Shown in pieces: positions 1-10,802 of a stretch of 31,652 nucleotides of DNA. The translations under genes and the position numbers were made by a program. The stretch lies in NCBI GenBank assembly GCA_038143065.1, contig JAYQLI010000039.1, positions 1 through 31,652 of the forward strand, written 5' to 3'. Each line of letters begins with the position of its first letter. Position 1 is the stretch's first letter. The DNA is from Rhodospirillales bacterium (GTDB lineage: Bacteria > Pseudomonadota > Alphaproteobacteria > Bin95). Under the pieces are notes generated by a model. The model worked only from the letters and a program-made list of their open reading frames with translations. It searched no databases and was not told the DNA's origin.

Positions 1-74
1 TGAACTCGATGTGATCTTACGGGCATTCAACCGAAGTAGCTCGTGTTACGCTGAAAAATAGAAAGTGCTGCAGG

Positions 75-878
75 TTATCCACTGGGCAGGCTCAGCAGAA
101 AGTCAAGAACCACACTATTGAATTCATTTGGATTTTCTATATTGGAGAGGTGTCCGGCATCTTTGATAATTGCAAGCTTTGCTCCAGGGATTTGATCGGC
201 AATATTCTTTGCTAAGGCAGGCGAAGTTAGTCGATCAAATTCACCCACCACAACAAGGGTGGGGGCTTCGATTTGACTCAAACTATCAGCATGATCACCA
301 CGAACCGATGCTTCAATTGACTTAATGTAACTATTCTTATGCAAACGACTCATTGAATCCACGAGCGCATCAAAAGTGTCGGTATTCTCAGGTCTGCCAA
401 TAAGTGTTTTGGCCACAATAGGTGCAATATCCTTTGGTTCTTTTCCTGCCAAGAGCGGTTCTTTTCTGAGCCGTATAAATTCTTCCTGCTGTTCTTTCGT
501 AAAATGTTTGAACCCTTTATGCGTATCACAGAGGATTAGAGATGCAATCCGATGGCTATATTTCTCGCAAAATGAAAAAGCAATTCGTCCCCCATTGAAA
601 GCCCCAAAAGATGGGCCTTTTCCACACCGTAATGGTCCAGAACACGATTTAAATCATCTGCGAAATCAGAAAACTCGAGATCACCAGGATAATCGTCACT
701 TTCGCCATATCCTCGCGCATCCCACGCGACAGTTTTAAATGCCTTCCAAACACCTCTATATTCGTTGCCCAGTTTCGTTTGTTGCCACCAATACCGTGCA
801 TCAAGATCAACAAATCACCTTCACCACATTCATTAACAGAAATATAGGATCAGGCCCAATCCGGTAAGAAGTAATCAT
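75..878 (-). CDS. Alpha/beta-fold hydrolase (3-oxoadipate enol-lactonase/PcaD-like), frameshifted
   Basis: N-term MITSYRIGPD...LIHGIGGN in another frame; C-term ...IEAPTLVVVGEFDRLT...DAGHLSNIENPNEFN carries the catalytic Asp/His motifs; several frameshifts between 450 and 880. Confidence 0.8.
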
Positions 879-883
879 AAAAA

Positions 884-1650
884 TCAAGTCTCCATCATGT
901 TTATTGAATAGCGTCTCGCAATAGGCCGTAATATCAATCCATCAATAATGGAGAAAAGTATCACAATTAGAATGCAGATTGCCAAGACTCGCTGGGCATT
1001 TGATTGATTTTTGTGCCTGCTGCAACAACCAACTAAGCCGGAACTTGCTTTGAACAGTTCAGCAACAATCGCGATCTTCCAAGCAATACCGTAAGACATT
1101 CTCACACCAGCAATAATGAAGGGCACAGCTAGAGGAATGTGTAATTTAAAAAAGTTTCTGAACGTGTTTCTTGATAAACTTTTGCCCATTTCTAGCAGTT
1201 CCTGATCCATTTGACGGAACCCTGAAGGCAATTGATCAACAAAATGGTGTAATAATCATGATTTCAATAAAAACAACTGTTCCATCTGAAATCGAAAACC
1301 AAATCACCCCTAGAATAGCCCAGCCCACAGATGGGAAACTGTTCAGAACCACAAGGATGTTGTTTTCAATAACAGTATCAAAGAAAATATTTCTTCGCGA
1401 TAGGACAGCCAACAGGATTGAAATCAATGCTGCAAAAAACACTGCCGCCACAACCCGTAACATGCTGATAAAGACATGACCAACCGTAGTTGAATCTGTC
1501 AACAGTGTTATGAGTGACATTAAGACTTCAATTGGGGGGTAGGCAGAACAAATCCGGCAAGTCCTTGGCAATGAGCCACCAGAACCCACAGACCGCCAAA
1601 ATCAGCAATTCAGATGAATAGGCAGTTCTGTATATCTGATTATTCCACAT
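884..1650 (-). CDS. ABC transporter permease (NitT/TauT family), frameshifted
   Basis: Joined ORF pieces 884-1231, 1236-1589 and 1528-1650; hydrophobic segments; EAA-like loop ELLEMGKSLSRN; WKIAIVAELF motif. Confidence 0.8.
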
Positions 1651-2401
1651 GATACCTTTATCCAAACTTTTCTGGATTCGTTGAAAAACCAGCAATTCTG
1701 AAGCAATGACAAAGGTAATCATATAGGTGATCAGAGCGAAGATGATTTCAGTTTCTAAATTCCTGGCGGGCTTTGTTGAGTATGTATCCCATGCCCCCAG
1801 AACCTCCGAACAGTTCTGCTGTCAGCACAACTTTCCAACTAACCCCAAAACTTATTCTCAATGTTGCAAAGGCATAGGGTAAAGCATCGGTATTACGATT
1901 TTACAAAAATTCTTCCACTTGCTCCGTGTTAAGCTGGCGCCCAGTTCAATTATCTCAGCATCCATCTCAGACAACCCGGTACGCAGGTTGATGATCGCAA
2001 ACGGAATAAGAACCATTGTCACAGCGAAAATTACCGTAAATGAATTTATACCAAAAACCAAAGAATGGCAATAAAAAGCCAGCCAACACCTGAAAAAGAA
2101 TTGAGAAACGGTGTCAGCCTACGATCCACAAAATGGGCACTCACTGATGCAGATTGGGTAATATCGCAATAAAGCTACCTACAATAAACGCGACAACCAT
2201 CGCGCTGGAGATATGGATTAGCGAGAGCATTATCTGACGCGACATAGACGCATCAGAAACAATGGCTAATATTGTCTTGGCAACAGTGCCGGGCCCGGGC
2301 AATTGATAAGCGGGGACCTGGAGCGAATATGCATGCCAGGCCCCGATAAAGCTGGCCCAGAATACCAGTGAGATGATAATTTTTTTTGTTTTTAATTTCA
2401 A
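1640..2401 (-). CDS. ABC transporter permease (NitT/TauT family), frameshifted
   Basis: Pieces 2141-2401 (LPGPGTV), 1858-2061 (EIIELGASLTRS) and WKVVLTAELFGG near 1800-1840; 3' end approximate. Confidence 0.78.
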
Positions 2402-2444
2402 TCGCTCATCTCACAGCATTAATGCGCCACAAAGGTTGGGTTAG

Positions 2445-3416
2445 CTATTCCCTCAAAGTTTCAGACCAGACAGCACCACTAATATCAGGTGACTCTTTCA
2501 GCATCCCAAGTGTTTTGGCCTGATCCCAGAGTGTCTGAATAGCTTTCATATCTTCTTGGCTCATCAGTACTGGAAAATCGCTGTATTCAGCAAACCAACG
2601 TTTAAAGAAACCAATATCTGTTCCAGTCGCTTCTGCAACAGAACCGAACACCTCGTCAGGATTGGCTTTAGCATATTCAACAGAGGCGCGCAGCAATCTG
2701 AGAAACTCTCGATGAACTTCCGGCTTGGCATCAAGCTTTTTACCGTAACCCGCAAGGACAGCAGAAACCATGCGTACCCCAAATTTATTATAATTATCAG
2801 GTGCTGTGGAAACAATTGAACGGAAGGCATTGGTGTTTTGCGCCTTAAAGGCCTGTGCATGGATAAGTGTTGCTGCATCAATTGTTCCTGACTCAAGCGC
2901 TGCAGGCATGCCAGGAGGAGGCATTTCAACAAACTCTATATCACCATCTTTGAGGGAAACGTTGAACCCATGTGAATTTGCAAGAGCGATCCTAATCAGG
3001 GTGATACCAGAGGACCCAAGCGAATATACAGCAAGCTTTTTACCCTTTAGATCTTCCGCTGTTTGCAACGGGCTGTCTTTTCTAACCCAGATATCCGCAC
3101 CTTCACCAGCTTTGTGATACCGAAGTGCTGTTCCAATAATGCGAAGATCCAGGCCCTTTGAGCGCGCTCTTGGAATTGCCATGCCTGCAGTCTGAACAAC
3201 ATCATAAGTCTGCGCAATTGTTGCCTGAATAAGCGCTGGTATTTGCAGCGCATCAGCCTGAACCTCAATGGAGTCAGACTTCACTTTACCGTTTTTCAGG
3301 GCCCACATCACTGCTTCATGACTTGGGTCAGACAAATATCCAAACTTGACCACTTCCTTTGCCAGCGCACCACCGGCAAAAAACACGCTCAATATAAATA
3401 CAAAAACAAATCTCAT
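2445..3416 (-). CDS. ABC transporter substrate-binding protein (SsuA/THI5/NMT1-like)
   Basis: Intact 323-aa ORF with signal peptide; DSPLQTAEDLKGKKLAV and ALESGTIDAA motifs. Confidence 0.85.
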   Translation of the reverse strand: MRFVFVFILSVFFAGGALAKEVVKFGYLSDPSHEAVMWALKNGKVKSDSIEVQADALQIPALIQATIAQTYDVVQTAGMAIPRARSKGLDLRIIGTALRYHKAGEGADIWVRKDSPLQTAEDLKGKKLAVYSLGSSGITLIRIALANSHGFNVSLKDGDIEFVEMPPPGMPAALESGTIDAATLIHAQAFKAQNTNAFRSIVSTAPDNYNKFGVRMVSAVLAGYGKKLDAKPEVHREFLRLLRASVEYAKANPDEVFGSVAEATGTDIGFFKRWFAEYSDFPVLMSQEDMKAIQTLWDQAKTLGMLKESPDISGAVWSETLRE

Positions 3417-3429
3417 GATGACGTCTCCC

Positions 3430-4202
3430 TTATGTTTCAGCTATTTTCCTGAATTCTTGAATTAGATTAATTTTTATCTTACGCAATTTGTCATTTATAT
3501 CAATTTCACGAGGTCGGCGCACTTTTGGCTCAATAAGATTCTGAACAGAGGCCGGCTTTGTTCCTAAGACAAGGATGCGATCACCCAATTCTAGTGCTTC
3601 ATCGATATCATGCGTCACAAAGATGATGGTGTTGCCAGCCTCTTTCCACAGTTCAATTAGTTGAAACCGCAAGACCCTGCGTGTATTTGGGTCAAGCGCC
3701 GAAAAAGGTTCATCCATAAGAATTATTTCAGGTCTCAAAGCAAGGGCCCTTGCAATGGCGACGCGCTGCCTTTCCCCACCTGACAACATGATAGGCATTT
3801 TTTGCATGTCATTCGCCAGCCCAACCTTCACAAGTTGCTCTGAAGCAAGATCTAGCCTTTCGTTCGTGCCCAAGTCCTGGATGCCGCATTTCCAGCCCAA
3901 AGGCCGCATTTTCAAGAGCATTTTTCCAAGGCAGAAGTCTTGGATTCTGGAAAACATATGCTATTTTTTCCCATGCCGCATTGGGCGGGGCCGCCAGCCA
4001 CTCGTATTGTACCGGAAGCACCTTCAAGCAAGTCACCAATCAGCCGTAGAATGGTTGATTTTCCGCAACCTGAGGGCCCAAGCAGACAGACGAATTCACC
4101 TTTTTCAACAGAAAAACTGAGGTTTTCAAGTATCTGTACCTCGCCGAGTTGGAGGCAAACATTTTGGAAAACAATCATTGAAGAAGACTTTGCCTGCAAC
4201 AT
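3430..4202 (-). CDS. ABC transporter ATP-binding protein (NitT/TauT family), frameshifted
   Basis: Walker A GPSGCGKST, signature LSGGERQR, Walker B ILMDEPF and H-loop FVTHD spread over three overlapping ORFs. Confidence 0.9.
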
Positions 4203-4307
4203 AAATTACCAAGCCAAAGCTTAATTGGTTTCTTTAAAGATTAAAATAGACTTTTCCGCCCACCTACATTTGCAACGGAGCATATGCTTATTGTTGCATA
4301 ATCATTT

Positions 4308-4800
4308 GAGTTTTAGATGAGACTGCCAGAATAAGACGCGAGCGGTACCGAACCGCGCAGACAAAGCAAAGTGAGCTGGCAAAAATACAGCGCTCTATCA
4401 ATCGATGCCTGGATTTCATCACTGACGGTGATGGAAAAATGGATACAGTAAGAGATAAACTTGTAGAGCTTGAAAACTCAAAATAGAGAACTCTGCCTCA
4501 ATCCAACAAGAGCCACCATCGTTAAAAGTTGAGCCTCACCCGAATATTGGACAGCTATATAGGCGGCGTGTTGAACAGCTCACCAAATTCATATTTGATA
4601 AAAATACCCGCGAAGAAGCGGCATCCATAATAAGATCACTGATAGACAGAATAGAAATCACACCCAGCCAGAAGCGCGGACATCCATGTGTTGAACTCGT
4701 GGGTGGTCTTGCAGCTATATTAGAGCTCACTGTGTCTGAACAAAAAAACCGCCATCCGAAAGGATAGCGGTTGTTCTTGTTGGTTGCGGGGGCACACAAC
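4308..4800 (+). pseudogene. C-terminal remnant of a large serine recombinase (resolvase/integrase)
   Basis: Manual translation: coiled coil EFLDETARIRRE...ELAKIQRSINRCLDFI..., then EPHPNIGQLYRRRVEQL...REEAASIIRSLIDRIEITP...VELVGGLAAILEL, ending near LVAGAHNRR. This matches, from memory, the C-terminus of tRNA-Met-targeting alphaproteobacterial serine recombinases. The catalytic N-terminus is absent. Confidence 0.75.
4742..4772 (-). terminator. Rho-independent terminator next to the att scar
   Basis: Minus strand AACCGCTATCC-TTTC-GGATGGCGGTT-TTTTT hairpin plus U-tract. Confidence 0.65.
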
Positions 4801-4847
4801 CGCCGTTAATCTTGTTGGTTTGCTTGTTGGTTGCTGGGGTGGGATTT
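4781..4847 (-). repeat. Two tandem tRNA-Met 3'-end fragments (att scars)
   Basis: TGGTTGCGGGGGCA (4781-4794) is identical to 25151-25164; TGGTTGCTGGGGTGGGATTT (4828-4847) matches 17/20 of 25151-25170. Confidence 0.8.
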
Positions 4848-5056
4848 TTCAAAAACCTACCATCAAAGCCTTGATCTGAGTTGCCGCACAGGTATTGCGC
4901 TCCCCCTATAATCAAATTTAATCCTAGTTTAGAAACGCCACTAGGTTGGGCTGCCTTTCCCCGTCACACTTTTTGTGGCAGACTTTTCAAAAATCAAATG
5001 TGATGAAAAAAAGTTGTTTGTTTAAGCCATTTCACTGATTAGTTGAGGGAGAAATT

Positions 5057-6330
5057 ATGCGGTCCAATAGAGCCCGTTTTGTCAGTCGGTTAACAAATAA
5101 CACCATGGCTTTAATTCTTGCCGGCGGACGTGGAGAAGGTTGGGTGTTCTTACAGACTGGCGAACAAAACCTGCTGTTCCTTTTGGAGGAAAATTTCGTA
5201 TTATTGATTTCACACTCTCAAACTGTTTGCACTCAGGTATAAACAAAATCTGTGTTTTAACCCAGTATAAATCGCATTCCCTCAATCGGCACCTCGTTAA
5301 AGGTTGGGGTACGATAAATAATAATCGTGGTGATTTTTTAGATATTATTCCCGCCCAACAATGGACTGATAACGAAACTTGGTTCAAAGGAACTGCCGAT
5401 GCGGTGTTTCAATCACTCGATATAATAGAAAGTTACAAGCCACAATACGTAATAATTTTGGCAGGGGACCATATTTACAACATGGATTACGGTGAAATGC
5501 TAGCCGAACATGTAAACACAGGCGCTGATTTTTCCATCGCTTGTATGATGGTTGAGAGTAAAATGGCTGCCAAGCAATTCGGTGTAATGAGTGTTGACGA
5601 GGGTGGTCGTGTCACCCATTTCGAAGAGAAGCCAGATGAGCCAACAACAGTGCCAGGCCAAAACGGAATGGCTCTTGTGAGCATGGGCGTCTATTTGGTT
5701 TCTAGTGAATATCTTGTGAACAGTCTGAAAGAAGATGCGTTATCAGAAATGTCAGCCCATGACTTTGGCAAAGATATCATTCCCAAAGGAATTAAAAGGG
5801 GTGACCATTTTCATGCACATACATTTCGAAACCCAACTAATGACGATCCGCCCTATTGGCGGGACGTAGGCACAATTGATAGTTATTACACTGCAAATAT
5901 TGAATTGCTTAAGTCTGAACCGCCTTTGAATCTTTATGACCCAGATTGGCCCACAGTCACTTATCAAAGGCAATTGCCTCCTGCGGTGTTTAACTGCCCG
6001 GAGGTTGGCGCAAATATCCAATCTTCTATGATAAGTGGTGGGTGTGTGTTGGGTAACTCTCAAGTACGAAATTCAATACTCTTCTCTGAGGTTTCCGTAG
6101 AAAATAACTGTAAGCTTGATGGTGTGCTTGCCTTGGCAGGTTGTCGAATTGGCGCAAATAGCAAGTTGCGGAATGTGATTTTAGATAATGGCTGTATTGT
6201 TCCCAAAGGGACAACCGTTGGATATGACTTGAGATCTGACGCTGCGGTTTATCACGTTACTGAAAGAGGAACTGTTGTGATTAATCGCAAAATGTTGGGA
6301 CAAAGCATCAAATACAGACCTGAGCTTTAG
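5057..6330 (+). CDS. glgC: Glucose-1-phosphate adenylyltransferase (ADP-glucose pyrophosphorylase), frameshift near 5135
   Basis: ALILAGGRG, KPAVPFGGKFRIIDFTLSNC, WFKGTADAV, LAGDHIY, FEEKP, HDFGKDIIP and YWRDVGT motifs. Confidence 0.93.
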
Positions 6331-6380
6331 TCTTAAAATCCAAACGTGTCACAAAATTATTCCACAAAGTTTTCACCATT

Positions 6381-7405
6381 TTAATCCATGCTCACGGTTG
6401 AGAGTGCTTTCTCGATGAATTTGTAATTGACGGTGCCCTTCTTTATCAAGGCCAACTCATCTTCACTCGCCATAACTAGCTCTCCAAGCACCTCCAGCCC
6501 GCCTACAATTCCTCTTTTGCCATTCCAAAATTGTTTCCTTTTATCGCGGGGGACAAAATAAAGTGTTATCTCATCACGCGGTAGGCTCGCGGTTGCGATA
6601 AAATTAGTTGATAACAGTTCACTCAGTTCTATTTCCGATTTTATCCATTTCGAAATCCACGAAAATGAACTTTCAACAACTTTTTCCAGATTCCCCTCCC
6701 AACGTAGAACCTTTATTGGGTAGTTGACAATAAATCTTGGATCGCCGTCATTTTTTGCTGTCGTAAAGTCTCTTTCCTCAATAGGAAAAGATGGACAATC
6801 TGAAGCCCTATGAAAAAACTGAAAATGAAAATGCCCTGGTATAGATGCTCCAGCACCCACCCCATTATAAAACCCTATGTGATCAGGTAGTCGAAGCGCT
6901 AATTGACAAAGATCCCTGAGAACATCCTCCAACTTTTGGCTTCCATTTTTTGATCCAAAAGCGAAAACTCCTGAGGTATATGAAATTTTGATGCAAAAAC
7001 CACGTGGTTGGGCAAAAGTGGGAATGGGTTCATAAGAGCATTATACCCACCGCTGCTCGCAGTGATTTCAAACCCAATTTGACGCTGCTGCTGCTGCCAT
7101 TTAATGTTCTCAGCGCAAAGAAAACATCCATCATTTTTAAATTCGTAACGGTTTGGCAAAATTGGGGCGCCCGAACCGTCATGTCGTTTTGCTCTCCTAG
7201 GATTGATTTGCGCTCTTAATGTGTGATTTTTTCTCTCGGGGTGAGAGAACACAACTCGCTCGATTCCTTGCAAGTCACCCTTTATAAAACCACTTTCTCG
7301 CTGATGAGTTTCCAACTCACTCAGGGCGGCGCCAAGGCTGCCGTGAGACCTCTCGATTTCACGCAACTTTTTATTAAGATTGGCCCACTCAGTTTCATAG
7401 TCCAT
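6381..7405 (-). CDS. HIT/GalT-like nucleotidyltransferase-phosphorylase (DUF4922/Ap4A phosphorylase/GDP-hexose phosphorylase-like), frameshifted
   Basis: QINPRR...CFLC...NPFPLLPNH...HIPQ...FYNGVGAGASIPGHFHFQ; two ORFs joined by a frameshift near 6930. Confidence 0.7.
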
Positions 7406-7533
7406 GATGATGTGCTACCGTACTAATATTAAAATACTTAATCAAATTGTTGTGCTCATTTTTGTCAAGCACCCCCGATGATCACAAGATCAACCAAAAA
7501 GGTATATCTGGTTATAATTAGAGAGCAACCCGC

Positions 7534-8196
7534 ATGTTAGGTGACAAAATCATAATTGAGAAGCAACACAAGGATGCTGGTAAAATCATTGGGCAACAAA
7601 TATTACATTCAACCAAAAATTTTCAAAACAAATTTACAATTACAATTGCTGGAGAATCTGGCAGTGGAAAATCCGAAACTGCAACCGCGCTTTCAGAATT
7701 TTTGACTGAAAGTGGTATTTCCAACGTGATTTTGCGACAAGACGATTATTTCATATACCCGCCAAAAACAAACAACTTTATGAGACGTAAAGACAAAAAT
7801 TGGAGGGGAATGAAAGAGGTCAAGCTTGATTTGCTGGACGTCCATGTAAAAGCCTTCAAGAGTGGGAAGAACTCTATCGAGAAACCGTTGATCGAGTATG
7901 ACTCAAATATCAGTCGGAACACAAATTTTAACTTTTCTGGTGCAAACATTTTAATTGTAGAGGGAACATATACATCCACTTTATCAAATGTTGATAAACG
8001 TATATTTATTGACCGAAACTTTCACCAGACCCTAGAACACCGCCAAAACCGAAACCGAAACTCCTCAGAGCTTGATGATTTCACCAAACAAGTTTTGCAA
8101 AAAGAGCATACCATAATATCAAAACATCGAGCGTTGGCTGATATCATAATTAACTCAGATTACTCGATAGAATTTAAAAAAGGTGTTAGGGTATAG
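7534..8196 (+). CDS. P-loop kinase (uridine kinase/phosphoribulokinase-like)
   Basis: ITIAGESGSGKS Walker A, QDDYF and ILIVEGTY; intact 220 aa. Confidence 0.75.
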   Translation: MLGDKIIIEKQHKDAGKIIGQQILHSTKNFQNKFTITIAGESGSGKSETATALSEFLTESGISNVILRQDDYFIYPPKTNNFMRRKDKNWRGMKEVKLDLLDVHVKAFKSGKNSIEKPLIEYDSNISRNTNFNFSGANILIVEGTYTSTLSNVDKRIFIDRNFHQTLEHRQNRNRNSSELDDFTKQVLQKEHTIISKHRALADIIINSDYSIEFKKGVRV

Positions 8197-8201
8197 AGTA
8201 A

Positions 8202-9626
8202 ATGCACATCGTTTTTATGAATCCACAAGGTAATTTCGACCCGCAAGATAGCTATCTCACAGAGCATCCTGACTTTGGTGGGCAACTTGTCTATGTCAAA
8301 GAATTAGCACAGGCCATGTCAAAGCGCGGACACAAGATTGATATTGTCACAAGAAAAATCCAAGATAACTCTTGGCCTGAGTTTTCATCAGATCAAGATA
8401 GTTACCCCGGGTTTGAGGAAAACCTGCGGATTTTACGTTTTTCTTTTGGTGGCGACGAGTTTCTTAAAAAAGAGGAGCTCTGGCCGCACATACCAGATCT
8501 TGTTAATAAAATGTTACAGTTTTACGGAAAAAATAAGCCTGATTTTATCACCTCACATTACGCGGATGGTGGATATGCAGCAAAACTCGCCTTAGAATTG
8601 GCAGGAATACCATTTTCCTTCACCGGCCATTCTTTGGGCGCACAGAAGTTAGACAAACTGGCATTCGTAAACAGTAGTTGGTCGAACTTGAATGAGCAGT
8701 TTAAGTTTTCGAAACGTATCGCCGCCGAGAGAAATAGTATGAAATACGCGGCAAAAGTGTTTGTGTCTACGGAACAGGAAAGAGTTGACCAATATTCACA
8801 CCCACTATACCAAAAAGCAGTTGATACGTTTGATGATCAAAAATTTGAGGTCATACCACCCGGGGTAAATGAGAGCATATTCAATCAAAGGATTTCTGCC
8901 ACCGATAAAGGGCAAACGTCAAAATTGGATGCAATTCCCGGATTAAACAAGAAACCGGCTATTCTTGTCTCAAGCCGCCTAGATAAAAAAAAGAACATTG
9001 AAGGTTTGGTCAAAGCTTATTCAGAGAGCAGCACCTTACGCAATGCTGCATCGCTAGTGCTTTGCGTGCGGGGAATTGACGATCCAAAGCGTGATATTTT
9101 CAATCTAGAAAAAGAAGAGAAGGCGGTTCTGGGCAACATAATAGACACGATTGATTCGAATAATATGGCTGGTCAAGTTTATTTTCTGAACATTTCTTCA
9201 CAACTTGAGTTGGCAGCAACTTACCGGTATTTTGCCCGACTTAGTTCAGTTTTTGCGCTAACTTCTGTCTATGAGCCATTTGGCTTAGCACCTATTGAAG
9301 CAGCTGCAACGGGTTTGGTTCCCGTTGTCACAAAAAACGGGGGGCCCGCAGACATTTTTTCAAATGGGTCTGGGATACTCATTGATCCAACCTGCTCCAA
9401 AAGCATAGCAAATGGATTAATGGAAGGCTTGAATAAACACTCAGAATTATCCAGTGCGGCGGCAAAGCATGTAAATGAAAATTTCTCATGGGACAAAACA
9501 GCTGAGAGCTATATCACTGCGATAGATAAAATTGTTTCAACACATATAAAAAGTGTTAGCACACAGGATTCAGTATTGGATTGTGATGAGGAAATTAAGA
9601 CTTATCTAACGAGGCATTTTGCTTGA
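8202..9626 (+). CDS. sps: Sucrose-phosphate synthase-like GT4 glycosyltransferase (monodomain, Halothermothrix-type)
   Basis: NPQGNFDP...EHPDFGGQLVYVKE, SHYADGG, FTGHSLG, SSRLDKKKN, YEPFGLAPIEA and TKNGGP motifs; intact 474 aa. Confidence 0.82.
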   Translation: MHIVFMNPQGNFDPQDSYLTEHPDFGGQLVYVKELAQAMSKRGHKIDIVTRKIQDNSWPEFSSDQDSYPGFEENLRILRFSFGGDEFLKKEELWPHIPDLVNKMLQFYGKNKPDFITSHYADGGYAAKLALELAGIPFSFTGHSLGAQKLDKLAFVNSSWSNLNEQFKFSKRIAAERNSMKYAAKVFVSTEQERVDQYSHPLYQKAVDTFDDQKFEVIPPGVNESIFNQRISATDKGQTSKLDAIPGLNKKPAILVSSRLDKKKNIEGLVKAYSESSTLRNAASLVLCVRGIDDPKRDIFNLEKEEKAVLGNIIDTIDSNNMAGQVYFLNISSQLELAATYRYFARLSSVFALTSVYEPFGLAPIEAAATGLVPVVTKNGGPADIFSNGSGILIDPTCSKSIANGLMEGLNKHSELSSAAAKHVNENFSWDKTAESYITAIDKIVSTHIKSVSTQDSVLDCDEEIKTYLTRHFA

Positions 9627-9695
9627 ATTCCACATTAATTTTCTCAGTATGCTTGCAGACTCAGTAAACTAGCTAGGAACATCGTCCACATCCAC

Positions 9696-9746
9696 CGATC
9701 CAAGGCGAAGACCGTCCGAAACGTGGCAATGAACGCGGCAATAATT
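9696..9746. repeat. Border element copy D (internally deleted)
   Basis: CGATCCAAGGCG (also at ~24928) followed by 28 bp AAACGTGGCAATGAACGCGGCAATAATT identical to the copies at 15181 and 25059. Confidence 0.85.
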
Positions 9747-10315
9747 ATGCCAGCATCAAATCGTCTGGTGCGCCGGTCGCTGCGCGCACATTTTCATGAA
9801 AAAACGTCCAATAGCCTTGGGCACAGCTGGCAAGACCATGTTCTTCACACAAAAGCATCAGGCTTTGTAAAAACATGCCAAGATCCATCCACTGGCCATA
9901 GCTTAGAGAGCGGTCAATATATGCAAACACGCCAACTGGCGCATTAAACATCAGCGCGTTTTTGGCAAATTGCGCTCGGCGGCCGGCCTTGTCTTCTCGT
10001 GCGATCCCAAGAACGCGGTAAATATCCTCCCCGATTGCAAAGCGCCGCGCATCAAATTCGGTTTTGAGTGGTTTGGATAGACCGCATATTCAGGCGTCGA
10101 CAGTGGCTGATTTTGGGCAATAGCGTCACGGGTAGTGGCCTTCAGGCTAGCCAGCGCGTCCCCCGTCAATACAAATAGCTGCCACGGCTGCAAATTGCCA
10201 TTCGACGGAGCGCGGGACGCCTGTTGAATGATGCTCCGCAACAATTTGCTATCCACTGGTCGGTCAGGAAAGAGCGGCAGGATTTGCGGTGCTGTAAGGC
10301 GTGTTCGACCGTCAT
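9745..10315 (-). pseudogene. Nitroreductase family protein, 3'-truncated and frameshifted
   Basis: MTVEHALQHRKSCRSF..., RAPSNGNLQPW, FNAPVG, DLGMFLQSLML...GLASCAQ; ends at LMLA* where it meets the border repeat. Confidence 0.8.
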
Positions 10316-10802
10316 TGTTAAACTCACTCTTTCGATATTTTTCTGTTTGGCCGTATAACGCTGCCTTTTCTTATCATTCAAAACACCCCTATATGAGTGT
10401 TATAGAATAGCAAAATATTCGTCGACTTGCGCCGTGCATAACTGAGTGTGGTTAATATTTTCAAAATCTGTTGCACATCAAGCTCTGATAGAGCAAAAGA
10501 CACCATGTTCGAGATCCGCCCATCCCCGGTTCTTGGGCTTTTTTCACGTGATCAGTGTTGTGTTTTATTGGGTTTTATTCTGCTACCTAGCAATCATACT
10601 GTTAACGTTTTCCCTATGTATATACCGGTGAAATTGCTCAAAAGCCTCATACCATCATAATGCAAGTCTGATTTGACACAAAAACAATGGTGCTGGCCTT
10701 GATTAATTTACCATGGCCCTAGAACCATCATTGACTTTATTAGCATACCTATAAATAGTTTTGGCCGTATTTTTTCCGAGATAAATGACTGGATTGACAA
10801 AC

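Noticed and set aside
7534-8196. P-loop kinase as a zeta toxin or defence gene
   Set aside because: No adjacent antitoxin; motifs and sugar-metabolism context fit a uridine kinase/PRK-like enzyme better.
10446-10660. Short ORFs between the nitroreductase and the FAH gene
   Set aside because: No recognisable motif; probably an intergenic region or an unidentifiable fragment.
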